Shown in pieces: positions 9,152 through 18,861 of a DNA stretch of 64,000 nt (position 1 is its first letter; the number at the start of each line of letters is the position of its first letter). Under the pieces are notes generated by a model. That model saw only the letters and a list, made by a program, of their open reading frames with translations. It did not search any database and was not told where the DNA came from. The DNA comes from Candidatus Peregrinibacteria bacterium (GTDB lineage Bacteria; Patescibacteriota; Gracilibacteria; UBA1369). A program made the translations under genes and the position numbers. The stretch is taken from the NCBI GenBank assembly GCA_963708185.1, contig OY970195.1:448001-512000 (forward strand), given 5' to 3'.

Positions 9152-9273
9152 TACTTCATTGATTTCAAACATCAGTCTTTTCGTTTGTAGGCCGTCAAAA
9201 CTCCTGTCTATATTTGCGGCTCACAAAAGCAAAAAGAGCAGTTTATTATTATACAAAATTGCAATTAAGTCAA
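9152..9273 (-). promoter_or_regulatory. Promoter (TTGACT-N17-AATAAT) and structured 5' leader of cassette 2
   Basis: -35 at 9268-9273, -10 at 9245-9250; hairpin 9176-9237; segment 9152-9174 complementary to 3'UTR 8270-8290. Confidence 0.75.
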
Positions 9274-9399
9274 TAGCTCCAATTTTTATTTTGTTTGAAG
9301 GTAAAGAAGAAGAAAGTGGAATGAAGTTAGAATGCAAAAAATATTCATGAAAAGAGAGGAGGGGGACAGTCTAAAGGTATTTGGTCCTCTATCTTTTAT

Positions 9400-9423
9400 T
9401 TTGCACAATATATCTTGTGCAAA
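9400..9423. promoter_or_regulatory. Palindromic putative operator TTTGCACAA-tatatc-TTGTGCAAA
   Basis: Perfect 9-bp arms in an AT-rich intergenic region. Confidence 0.4.
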
Positions 9424-9579
9424 TATTAAACTTATTCTTGCTTCAAAAAGTGGGTTTTTTTCAGGTTTATCGTTGATATGTGGCTTCTCGACTGGCTTTA
9501 CTAAAAACTTTCGATTTTAGCCGTTTTAATATCTTTTTTGGGTTTTGATACCTTTGAATAAATTTTTCGAAATGTGTTT

Positions 9580-11907
9580 TTAGCGTTTGAAACGATTTTT
9601 ACCGATTTCGATAATTTTTTCGAGCAGTTGTCTCGGACTGAGAGGTTTTGGTAAAGATGCCGCTTGCTGGAAGAAAGTCGTTGAAGGCGTGAGTGCCGGT
9701 AAGGTATTTGCTTCTATAATGATCAATTCACCGGTTTTACGGTTCATAAAACAGTCCATACGGGTATAACCCTCGATATCCAAGGCGTCGGCAACCTTTT
9801 TTAATCGTTGTCTGACTTTTTTCAAGACCGTGCGACTCACGAATTTTTCTGGAGGAGGGACAAGATTGATGCCGGTACCGCCCATGAATTTTTCTTCAAG
9901 ACTGAGCGTTTCGCCCTTGGCGATGGTCTGGCTTGGAGAAAGGACGGTCAATTTGCCTTTCGGACCGAGAAAACCGACGGTCATTTCGATCAATCCGCTG
10001 CGGTTTTCCCAATGAATGGTAAGATTTTCGAGTGTTACTTTGTCACAGACAATAAAGTTTTCGATGAGTATTTCATTGAGTTTTTTTTCTGGAAGATCGA
10101 TTTGTCCGTGGAACGGATGAATTGCCCGTTCCGGAATGCAGGGGTTGCCGCTGCGAAAATATTGAATAGCTTTTTTGAACTCGTTTTCGTTGTTGATGCG
10201 GATAACCCCGGCGGAACAACCGTCACCTCTCGGTTTCAAGATAATTGACTTGTTGAATTTTAATTCTTTGAGTTTTTTCCAGGTTTTCTGCGGATTTTCG
10301 TCGATAGGCATCAAATATTTTTTTGCGATACCGACTCCAGGAATTTTGGCTTGTTCAATCCTCTGCCCCGTGGCGAATTTATCCATACAGAGCATGGAGC
10401 AGCCCGTACCGGGACCGTTATAGGGAAGGCGGAGGCGGTCGAGAAGATTTTGCATGGTGCCGTTTTCCCCCGCTCCCCCATGCAGCCCGAGAAACAGAAA
10501 TTTGTAATCTTTTGAAATAGATTCAATGGATGTCTGACGCGGAATAAAAATGGGCTCCTTCACGTTTTTTTTGTCGATGACGAGTCCGGCAAGAATGTGG
10601 TCGGCCTCTTTTTCGAGCCTTTCGAAATAATTGGAGTTCTTGAACAGTTTGATCTTTTCTTCGATCTCTTCGACGGTGTGTTGAAGACACAGAAATTGCG
10701 GTATATAAAAGATTTTTTGATCGAACGTCAGAAAAAGAGGCACCGGACTGTATTTTTTACTTAACTTGAGTTTCATCCAGACATTGGTTCCACTCATCAC
10801 AGAAACCTGCCGTTCTGCGGTGTTTCCTCCGAAAATTACCGGAATTTCTTCTTTTTTTTCATCGTCAGGTCCGGATTTTCCGACAGTTTTATTGATGATG
10901 TAGTCGAGCAGCTGGCGATGACTTAATCCCAATAATGCGGCCTGCTGGAAAAGGAAACTGTTCTGCTCCATACCGCTGATGGCGTTGATGTCGCTGAACC
11001 AGATCGATCCGTCATCGAGCACCCAGCCGTCAAGACGGCCGAAATCGTTCATGCCCAGGCATTTGAAGGCGTGAGCCGCCTGTACGCGGATTTTTTCGGT
11101 GGTTTTCTCGTCAAAGCGCGCAGGGGTGTGATATCGGGTTTCAGCAGTTGGAAGATATTTCTTGCGATAGTCGAAAAATCTGTCTTTCTTCAGTTCGATT
11201 TCCGTCGGCATCAATGCCACTGCGTCTCCTCCGGCATTTTCCAGCACAATAATAGTGAATTCCCTGCCGCTGACTTCAGGCTCAATGATGGCTTTATCTT
11301 CGTGTTTAAAAACCTCAACCAGTTTGTCTTTCAGTTCTTTGGGGTCACGGATGTACTGTACTCCGATACTCGAGCCGCCATGGAGTGGTTTTGCAACCCA
11401 TTTGCCTTTCGGAAGTTTCGGTAATTTCGCCCCTTTTTTTATTACATAGTCCTTTAGGGTGAAGAATCCGTGTTTCTTGAGGATTTCCTGGCAACGGTGT
11501 TTGTCCGACGTGTTCATGCAGGCTCTCGGACTCGAGCCGAGATAAGGAACCTCCATTTTTTCGAGCAGCGTTTGGAGCTGTCCGTCCTCTCCGAATGCTC
11601 CATGGATTGCCGGAAAAACAAGGTCGATTTTCTTAAGAAGTTTTCGCAGCTGCGCTGTAGTCAGCATCCTTTTGCTTTTTTTCAGCTTGTAATCAAAATC
11701 AAGAGGCGTGTTGGAGTAAATTTCCGTGGATTTTATCTGAAAAAACCTCAGTTTGGGATTGACGTATACAATGGTGAGTTCGTAGTTGTCCGGATCAAGA
11801 TTATCAAAGAGCGAACGCGCGGAGTTCAATGAAATTCCGCGTTCAGCCGAAGGTCCGCCGCAGATGATAGCAATTTTTTTCCTTTTTCGAGATTTTTTTT
11901 GAGGCAT
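9580..11907 (-). CDS. ddl: Tandem-domain D-alanine--D-alanine ligase
   Basis: Two Ddl units: GGPSAERGISLNSA/HGAFGEDG/GSSIGV and GGNTAERQVSVMSG/LHGGAGENG/EANTLPALT. Confidence 0.88.
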   Translation of the reverse strand: MPQKKSRKRKKIAIICGGPSAERGISLNSARSLFDNLDPDNYELTIVYVNPKLRFFQIKSTEIYSNTPLDFDYKLKKSKRMLTTAQLRKLLKKIDLVFPAIHGAFGEDGQLQTLLEKMEVPYLGSSPRACMNTSDKHRCQEILKKHGFFTLKDYVIKKGAKLPKLPKGKWVAKPLHGGSSIGVQYIRDPKELKDKLVEVFKHEDKAIIEPEVSGREFTIIVLENAGGDAVALMPTEIELKKDRFFDYRKKYLPTAETRYHTPARFDEKTTEKIRVQAAHAFKCLGMNDFGRLDGWVLDDGSIWFSDINAISGMEQNSFLFQQAALLGLSHRQLLDYIINKTVGKSGPDDEKKEEIPVIFGGNTAERQVSVMSGTNVWMKLKLSKKYSPVPLFLTFDQKIFYIPQFLCLQHTVEEIEEKIKLFKNSNYFERLEKEADHILAGLVIDKKNVKEPIFIPRQTSIESISKDYKFLFLGLHGGAGENGTMQNLLDRLRLPYNGPGTGCSMLCMDKFATGQRIEQAKIPGVGIAKKYLMPIDENPQKTWKKLKELKFNKSIILKPRGDGCSAGVIRINNENEFKKAIQYFRSGNPCIPERAIHPFHGQIDLPEKKLNEILIENFIVCDKVTLENLTIHWENRSGLIEMTVGFLGPKGKLTVLSPSQTIAKGETLSLEEKFMGGTGINLVPPPEKFVSRTVLKKVRQRLKKVADALDIEGYTRMDCFMNRKTGELIIIEANTLPALTPSTTFFQQAASLPKPLSPRQLLEKIIEIGKNRFKR

Positions 11908-11932
11908 ATTAGCTCTTATTCTAGTGAAAAGG

Positions 11933-13971
11933 TTAGTCTTTGACAAATACCTCCTGGAGTTCGTCGATTTTCGCTTTGAGCGTGGGATACGAAACAAGTT
12001 CGGGATCTTTTTCGATGACGTTCTGCGCGGCCTGTCGGGCGAGGCTGATCGTAAAGGAGTCGCTCAGCGACGCCATTTTGAGATCGGGTATGCCGCTTTG
12101 CCTGACTCCGTAAATTTCCCCGGGGCCGCGGATCTGGAGGTCGATTTCGGCCAGTTTGAATCCGCTGGAAAAATCCACCATGGCGCGGAGTCGTTTTGTC
12201 GCCTCTTCCCCGGATTTTTTCATGAAGAGAAAACAGTAGGACTGATGTTCTCCTCTTCCGACGCGTCCCCTGAACTGATGGAGCTGCGAAAGGCCGAATC
12301 TTTCGGCGGCTTCGATGACCATGATGCTGGCGTTGGGGACGTCTATGCCGACTTCGATAACCGAGGTGGATACCAGGATGTGTATCTTGTTCTGTGAAAA
12401 GAGCGTCATAGTTTCTTCTTTGTCTTTCGGTTTCATTTTTCCGTGCAGGAGCCCGACTTTGAGTTCGGGAAAAATGTGCTCCTGAAGATATTCGTATTCC
12501 TGGATGGCGGACTTTACTTCGAGAACGTCGGATTCGTCAATCAACGGGCAGATGATGAAAGCCTGTCTTCCCTTCTTGACCTGTTCTTTGATCCATTTGT
12601 AACCGTCGAGGCGTTTTTTTTCGGGAACGATGCGCGTCTGGATCTGCTGACGTCCTTTGGGCATTTCATCGATGACGGAAAGGTCCTGGTCGCCATAGAC
12701 GGTCATGGCGAGCGTCCGAGGAATTGGCGTGGCCGAAAGACTTAGTAAATGCGGGCTTCCCTGGGACTTGAGGATGTCGCGTTGTTTCACCCCGAAGCGG
12801 TGTTGTTCATCGATGACGGCCAGGCCGAGTTTTTTGAAGCCGATGGTTTCCTGGATGAGCGCGTGCGTTCCGATGACGATATCGATTGTCCCGTTTTTCA
12901 GCTGAAGTGTGATGTCGTCTTTGATGCTTTGCGGAGTGCTTCCGGCGATGAACTGGATATTGAGACCGAACGGCTGGAGCATCTTGTAGACGGTGTGGTA
13001 GTGCTGTTTGGAAAGGATTTCGGTCGGAGCCATGAGTGCAGTTTGATAGCCGTTTTTTACGGCATCGAGCATGGCCGCAGCGGCCACGACGGTTTTTCCG
13101 GAGCCTACGTCACCCTGGAGGAGCCGCGACATGGGGTATGGTTTGTTGAGGTCGGTAAAAATTTCTTCGATGGCACGGAGCTGGGCTCCGGTCAGTTCAA
13201 AAGGAAGTTGCTTGAAGAATTTTTCAACCTCGGGAAGGCGCGGTAACGGTTTTTGTTCATGGACGGCCACGTTCTGCCAGCGCCATTTTTTCTGGAGCGC
13301 CTTGACCTGGAGCAGGAACAATTCGTCGAAACTGAGGCGTTTTTTGGCTTCTTCCAGGGTTTGTTCGTCCGTGGGAAAGTGGACTTCAGCGACGGCCTGC
13401 TGATAGTTCATCAATTTGTATTCCTTGATGATTTCAGGAGGCATGTAGTCCTTGAAATGTTTGACCCAGTCCTTGATGAGCGGCTGGATTTTTTCGCGCA
13501 GCCACTTGGAACTCAGGCCTGCGGTTTCGTGATAGACCGGAACGATGCGGCCCACGTGTGTCTGCTCTTTTTTTTGTTCTTCGAACGAGGGCTCTGGAGC
13601 GTCATTTTCCCCAGGTTGAATTTTGCTTTTCCGGAGAGGATGATCTCCTGGCCGTTCTTGAGGACGCGTTTGAGGTAGGGCTGGTTGAACCAGATGACTT
13701 CGACCGAACCGGTGTCGTCGCTCAAAAGCGCTTTGGTCAGATGTTTGCCGTTCTTGGTCCTTTTGTGGAAAATGTTGCTGAGCGTTCCGATAACGTTGTT
13801 GATTTCATCTGTTTTGAGATCGCTGATGTTGGTGTAGGCGCTTTTGTCGACGTAGGTCCGCGGAAAATACAGGACGAGATCGCGTACGGTCTTGATCCCC
13901 AGTTCCTGGAGTTTCACCGCGTGTTCCTTGTTGGTGCGGAGGACTTGTTGTAGAGGAGATTTGAGGCTCAT
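11933..13971 (-). CDS. recG: ATP-dependent DNA helicase RecG, split by an apparent one-base deletion at ~13568-13591
   Basis: N-terminal wedge (DLVLYFPRTY, WFNQPY) in ORF 13513-13971; QGDVGSGKT, DEQHRFGV, SATPIPRT, QFRGRVGRG in ORF 11933-13555. Confidence 0.93.
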
Positions 13972-14014
13972 ATTTTCAGGTAACGGGTTTTTTGTTTGTC
14001 TTGATACCTGAATG

Positions 14015-15241
14015 TCAGTTGCTTTTTACTCTGAGAAATTTGCGCTTCCCGGCCTGAACGGTTCGTTCTTTTTCCAGTGAAATCATGGCGTTGATGTCTT
14101 CGATTTTTTCTCCATCAACCTTCACTCCCCCTCCCAGAATGAGACGTTTTGCTTCGCTTTTTGAAGGCAGAAGCGGTGTTAAGGATCCGTATTGATCGCA
14201 AAGTATATTCAGGATGGAGATCTCTTTTCTGTCTTCGGCAGGATACTCAACGAGAGGAATGTCGTCGGGGATTTCTTTGTTGGAGACCGTTTTTACGAAA
14301 TACCCTTCCGCGGCTTTGGCTGATTTGGCATCGTAATATTCGGTGACGATCTGGCGGGCCAGTTCCATTTTGAGGTTGCGCGGATTTTCTCCTGCCTTGA
14401 GCGCTTTTTTGACTTCGTCGATTTTTTCGTCGGGAACGCCCGTGGCGAGTTCAAAGTAGTTGACGATGATGTCGTCGGGGATGGACATGACTTTGCCGTA
14501 CATGTCGTTGGGAGGTTCGTTGACCCCGATGTAGTTGCCGGTGGTCTTGCCCATTTTGATTTTGCCGTCGGTTCCTACGAGGATCGGAACGGTCATGATA
14601 TCCTGGGGCCTCTGTCCATGGGCTTTCTGAAGCACTCGTCCGGCGAGGAGGTTAAAGGTCTGTTCCGTAGCGCCGAGTTCGACATCCGCTTTCAAAGCGA
14701 CGGAATCGTAACCCTGCATGAGCGGATAGAAAAATTCGTGGAGGGAGATCGGTGCGTTTTTTTTGATGCGTTCCTGGAACATGTCGCGTTCGAGCATCTG
14801 GGCGACGGTAAAATTGCTGGCCAGTTTGATGACATCGGTGAAGGTCAGTGGACTGAGCCATTCAGCGTTCCAACGCACTTCAAGTTTGTCGACGTCGAGG
14901 AAAGTTTTGACCTGTTTGAGGTAGTGTTTGGCGTTTTTTTCAAGATCCTCCTGCGTGCGCATGGTGCGGGTTTCGCTTTTTCCGGTGGGGTCGCCGATCT
15001 GTCCGGTGAAGTTCCCGAAGAGCAACTGGATGTTGTGGCCGAGCTCCTGGAACTCTTTGAGTTTTCGGACAACGACCATGTGTCCAAGGTGGAGGTCACT
15101 TCCGGTCGGATCGATACCGAATTTGATGTTCAGTTTTTTCCCTGACAAAAGTTTTTTTTCAAGATCAGGTCTGACCTGCACTTCAACGGTGCCGCGGTTG
15201 AGGAGTCGGTTGATTTGCTGGAGATCGGGTTTCTGGGGCAT
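14015..15241 (-). CDS. tyrS: Tyrosyl-tRNA synthetase
   Basis: GIDPTGSDLHLGH, YPLMQGYD, KMGKT (KMSKS variant), C-terminal S4 domain. Confidence 0.97.
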   Translation of the reverse strand: MPQKPDLQQINRLLNRGTVEVQVRPDLEKKLLSGKKLNIKFGIDPTGSDLHLGHMVVVRKLKEFQELGHNIQLLFGNFTGQIGDPTGKSETRTMRTQEDLEKNAKHYLKQVKTFLDVDKLEVRWNAEWLSPLTFTDVIKLASNFTVAQMLERDMFQERIKKNAPISLHEFFYPLMQGYDSVALKADVELGATEQTFNLLAGRVLQKAHGQRPQDIMTVPILVGTDGKIKMGKTTGNYIGVNEPPNDMYGKVMSIPDDIIVNYFELATGVPDEKIDEVKKALKAGENPRNLKMELARQIVTEYYDAKSAKAAEGYFVKTVSNKEIPDDIPLVEYPAEDRKEISILNILCDQYGSLTPLLPSKSEAKRLILGGGVKVDGEKIEDINAMISLEKERTVQAGKRKFLRVKSN

Positions 15242-15315
15242 GAGTAAACATTAAGAACGCAATTATCATAAGCAAAAAAAGCCTTTTTTACAATGTTATC
15301 CTTTGGCTTGCGGCA

Positions 15316-15924
15316 TCAGGCCCGAGGTTCAATGAGCGAGGCGAAATATTGGTGAAGCCTGGAGTCTTTTCGCAGTTCGGGATGAAAAGTCGCCGCGAGG
15401 ATGTTTTCCTGTTGAACAAGGATGATTTTTTTGTCATGTCGGGCGAGGATTTTAACTTCCCGGCCGGTTTTTTGGATAACCGGAGCGCGGATAAACGCAG
15501 CGTGCAGTGCTTTTATATGGAGTTCGGGAATGTCGACGTCGGTTGAGAAACTGTCGATCTGCCTTCCGTAGGCGTTCCTTTGCACCGTGATGTCGATGAG
15601 TCCGAGGTGCGGCGGAATAATGTTGCCGATGATTTGTTTTGCCAGGACGATGGCTCCGGCACATGTTCCAAAGACGGGAAAACCGTCAGCCGCGAGTTTC
15701 TTCAGCCTGGCACCTGTTCCGCTTTGTTCAAGAAAAAAGCCGATGGTCGTACTTTCGCCGCCGGGGATGATCAGCCCGTCACATTGCTCCAGATCATCAA
15801 CGGACCTGACTTCAACGGCGTCGTGGCCCAATCCTGCAATAATGTTTTTGTGTTCAAGAACATCGCCCTGGAAAGCCAGGATACCGATAGTTTTGACTCG
15901 GCGGTGTTTGGAGTGGGATTTCAT
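15316..15924 (-). CDS. pdxT: PLP synthase glutaminase subunit
   Basis: ILAFQGDV, IPGGESTT, GTCAG, RNAYGRQ, FHPEL. Confidence 0.96.
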   Translation of the reverse strand: MKSHSKHRRVKTIGILAFQGDVLEHKNIIAGLGHDAVEVRSVDDLEQCDGLIIPGGESTTIGFFLEQSGTGARLKKLAADGFPVFGTCAGAIVLAKQIIGNIIPPHLGLIDITVQRNAYGRQIDSFSTDVDIPELHIKALHAAFIRAPVIQKTGREVKILARHDKKIILVQQENILAATFHPELRKDSRLHQYFASLIEPRA

Positions 15925-15939
15925 GGCGGTAGTGGCCTT

Positions 15940-16863
15940 TTAGAGGTTTTTCCCTCTCTCCTGGAGACGCGTTTCAACTTGGTGCGTCTGAATTCCGAAC
16001 ATCGGTTCTTGGAGATCTTCCGAGACTTCGGCCAGTTTTTTGGGGTTGTTGTAATTCATGGTGGCCAGAACGATGGCGCGCGCCCGTTTTGCAGGATTTT
16101 TCGATTTAAAGATTCCGGATCCTACAAAAATTCCCTCGGCACCGATTTGCATGAGCAAAGCTGCGTCGGCGGGTGTGGCGATGCCGCCTGCAGCGAAATT
16201 GACCACGGGGAGTTTTCCGTGCGTTTTTACCTTTTCGAGTAATTTCAGTTCAATACGTTCGTCGCTGGCGTATTTCTTGAGCTGTGCAGTGTTCATTTTC
16301 TTGAGACCGTCAATTTCCTTGAGAATTTGCCTCATGTGGCGTACCGCTTCGATAACATCTCCTGTTCCGGCTTCGCCTTTTGTCCTGATCATGGCGGCTC
16401 CTTCCTGGAGACGACGCAGGGCTTCGCCCAAACCCGTCGCTCCGCATACAAAAGGAACGGCAAATCCGGTTTTATCAACGTGTCTGGTGTCGGCAGGTGT
16501 CAGGACCTCACTTTCATCAATAAAATCTATTTTAAGGGCTTCCAGGATCTGCGCTTCGACAGCGTGACCGATACGGACCTTGGCCATGACGGGGATCGAT
16601 ACTGCAGCCTGGATTTCTTTGATAAGCTTCGGATCGCTCATTCTGGCAACCCCTCCCTGTGCTCGGATGTCGGCGGGAACGCGTTCCAAAGCCATGACGG
16701 CCACGGCTCCGGCATTTTCGGCGATTTTGGCCTGTTCGGCGTTGGTGACGTCCATAATGACGCCTCCCTTGAGCATCTGTGCCAGGTTGGATTTTACGGA
16801 AAATGTCCCCTTGGCGTCATTTTTCGTGTTTTTCTTTTTTGAGACTGATGATTTTCTCGTCAT
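15940..16863 (-). CDS. pdxS: PLP synthase lyase subunit
   Basis: [43 protein letters not shown]. Confidence 0.97.
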   Translation of the reverse strand: MTRKSSVSKKKNTKNDAKGTFSVKSNLAQMLKGGVIMDVTNAEQAKIAENAGAVAVMALERVPADIRAQGGVARMSDPKLIKEIQAAVSIPVMAKVRIGHAVEAQILEALKIDFIDESEVLTPADTRHVDKTGFAVPFVCGATGLGEALRRLQEGAAMIRTKGEAGTGDVIEAVRHMRQILKEIDGLKKMNTAQLKKYASDERIELKLLEKVKTHGKLPVVNFAAGGIATPADAALLMQIGAEGIFVGSGIFKSKNPAKRARAIVLATMNYNNPKKLAEVSEDLQEPMFGIQTHQVETRLQERGKNL

Positions 16864-16954
16864 AAGAAGAGGTAAAAGCTTGAGCAGATTAACAAATAGC
16901 TCCTTGATTTTCAATGGATGTTATGGCATATTTTGCACTCTTTTCATTTTTGCC

Positions 16955-17479
16955 ATGGCTACCAAAAAGAAACTCGGTGGACTCGAGCCTCGGGAGTATG
17001 AGGGGCTCAAAAACGACATGATGGAAAAAAGGGGCAAGCTTGCTCCTTATGAGCGTCCGATTATTCCTTTGAAGATTGCCTGTCATGCGCACGATTTTTT
17101 ACGAAAGATCGGCGCGGAAGTCACGATGGACAGTGAGTATCGGGTCAATTCAATCTCTTCGAGGTTTCCGGACGGAAACGAGATACAGATTCTGGGAGGC
17201 ACCAATGAGCAGAAAATCGTTTTTTCCTTTCACGCCAATATTCCAAAATTTGTGGTGAACGATGAGGTCATCAAATCGATGAAAGCCTTGATGCGTATAA
17301 TGGCTTTTTTCGTGAAAGCGGGATATCTTGATATCGATCGTTCAGGCGGTGATCATGCAACCGACGTGGTGACGATGCGAAAGCTGTGCGATACTTCAGA
17401 TGCTCTCACGGTTACCACGGAGTTGAGGAGGATAGCCGGAAAACTTGGGTATATTACAACGAGAAGAAAGCAAAAATAG
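16955..17479 (+). CDS. Hypothetical protein
   Basis: ORF from MATKKKL fills the gap between pdxS and rluA; no motif recognised. Confidence 0.65.
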   Translation: MATKKKLGGLEPREYEGLKNDMMEKRGKLAPYERPIIPLKIACHAHDFLRKIGAEVTMDSEYRVNSISSRFPDGNEIQILGGTNEQKIVFSFHANIPKFVVNDEVIKSMKALMRIMAFFVKAGYLDIDRSGGDHATDVVTMRKLCDTSDALTVTTELRRIAGKLGYITTRRKQK

Positions 17480-17501
17480 ACATCATTTGAATTCAATTTT
17501 C

Positions 17502-18500
17502 ATGAAAACTTCTGGCATTACGGTTGAAGAACAGTATGCCGGCGTGCGCCTGGATAAAGTGTTAACCCACTATTTTTCCGAGCACACCCGCAGTTATTTC
17601 CAGCACCTTCTGGAAAGCGGTTCGGTGAAAGTAAACGGGAAAAGCGTCAAAGCGAGCTATACCGTCAAAAGCGGCGATAAGGTTGAGGTTTCCTTCCCCA
17701 CCCCGAAAGAGCTTCTTGTAGAGCCGAAAAACATTCCTTTGGACATCGTTTACGAGGATCCGAATATTCTTGTCATCAATAAACCGGCCGGGCTGGTGGT
17801 TCATCCCGGCACCCACGGTTCGCATAGCGACGATTCTCTGGTCAACGCGATTCTGTACCATTGCAAAACCCTGAAGGATACCTCCAAAGGTTCATTGAGC
17901 GGCATTAACGGCGTTGTGAGACCCGGCATCGTCCACCGGCTCGACAAAGATACCTCGGGGCTGCTGGTCGTGGCGAAGAACGATGCAGCCCAGCAGTTCA
18001 TGATGGAACAGTTCCAGGAGAAAACGGTGCAAAAGGTTTATTACGCTCTCGTGGTCGGACATCTCGAACCTGAGCAAGGCACTATCGATGCTCCGATCGG
18101 CCGCAGTCTTCATGACCGTAAAAAAATGGCCGTGGTCCAGGGGAAGACTTCAAAAGAGGCCGTGACGAAATATGAGGTTGTGCGTTACTACGGCGACTAC
18201 AGTTACGTAAAAGTTCATCTTCTTACCGGAAGGACCCATCAGATCCGCGTGCATTTCGCCGCGATCGGGTTTCCTCTTGTGGGTGACAGAACGTACGGCA
18301 GGGCCAAGACAAACCACAGTTTTGAAAAACATTACGGTCTGCAGCGGCAGTTTTTGCATGCGACCGAGCTTTCTTTCATGATCCCTCCTGCTGGTCGAAA
18401 CAAACGTTCAAAAAAGGGAGAGTTTGAATCTCCTCTCCCTTTGGATTTGCAACGTGTCCTGGACGGTTTGAGCCGTGAAGCCTCAACCGTTAACCGTTAA
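17502..18500 (+). CDS. rluD: RluA/RluD-family 23S rRNA pseudouridine synthase
   Basis: N-terminal S4 (RLDK), NKPAGLVVHP, HRLDKDTSG, TGRTHQIRVH. Confidence 0.92.
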   Translation: MKTSGITVEEQYAGVRLDKVLTHYFSEHTRSYFQHLLESGSVKVNGKSVKASYTVKSGDKVEVSFPTPKELLVEPKNIPLDIVYEDPNILVINKPAGLVVHPGTHGSHSDDSLVNAILYHCKTLKDTSKGSLSGINGVVRPGIVHRLDKDTSGLLVVAKNDAAQQFMMEQFQEKTVQKVYYALVVGHLEPEQGTIDAPIGRSLHDRKKMAVVQGKTSKEAVTKYEVVRYYGDYSYVKVHLLTGRTHQIRVHFAAIGFPLVGDRTYGRAKTNHSFEKHYGLQRQFLHATELSFMIPPAGRNKRSKKGEFESPLPLDLQRVLDGLSREASTVNR

Positions 18501-18804
18501 TGGCCGTAATTTCCAGTTGTGTGTAGTTTTGTCGATGGCCCTGGGTTTTCTTGAAGCGTTTCTTTGGCGTGAATTTGAAAACGCGGATCTTTTCGCCCTT
18601 GAAATGTTTGACCACTTTTGCCTCCACGGTCGCGCCTTTCAGGTAAGGCATGCCGATTTCAACTTCTTTGTCGTCTTTCGAGACCAAAAGGACTTTATTG
18701 AATTTTACCGGTTTTCCGGCTTCCGTTTCCAGAAGTTCAACGTCGATTTTGGCATTTGGGGCGACCTTGTACTGTCGTCCTCCGATTTCTACAACTGCAA
18801 ACAT
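18490..18804 (-). CDS. rplU: 50S ribosomal protein L21
   Basis: MFAVVEIGGRQYKV...GHRQNYT. Confidence 0.97.
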   Translation of the reverse strand: MFAVVEIGGRQYKVAPNAKIDVELLETEAGKPVKFNKVLLVSKDDKEVEIGMPYLKGATVEAKVVKHFKGEKIRVFKFTPKKRFKKTQGHRQNYTQLEITAING

Positions 18805-18861
18805 AGGTTTTTTGATAAAAATTGCTCTGATAAATTACTGAAGTTTGACCCAAAAATCAAG

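Larger units (their letters stand above)
7194..9275 (-). repeat. Tandem duplication of a ~1.03-1.05 kb gene cassette (copy 1 7194-8217, copy 2 8220-9275)
   Basis: Both units start with ATAGGAAAAAGCGCCC and end with AGTCAATA on the plus strand; they share UTR motifs and a near-identical coding core. Confidence 0.9.

Noticed and set aside
7245-9174. Flanking complementary segments as transposon TIRs or invertible-element ends
   Set aside because: No transposase, recombinase or target duplication seen; the pairing uses bulges and G.U and lies inside the transcribed unit, favouring an RNA-level stem
9280-9580. Replication origin, or the small ORFs 9132-9350 and 9332-9520
   Set aside because: No cluster of TTATCCACA boxes; the ORFs lack recognisable features and one overlaps the cassette promoter
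13560-13595. Programmed -1 frameshift in recG at A_AAA_AAG, which would give the correct frame
   Set aside because: The downstream frame already reads FEEQKKEQTHVGRI, restoring the RecG-like SPxFE motif only if the break is upstream at the CCC run, so a missing C is more parsimonious
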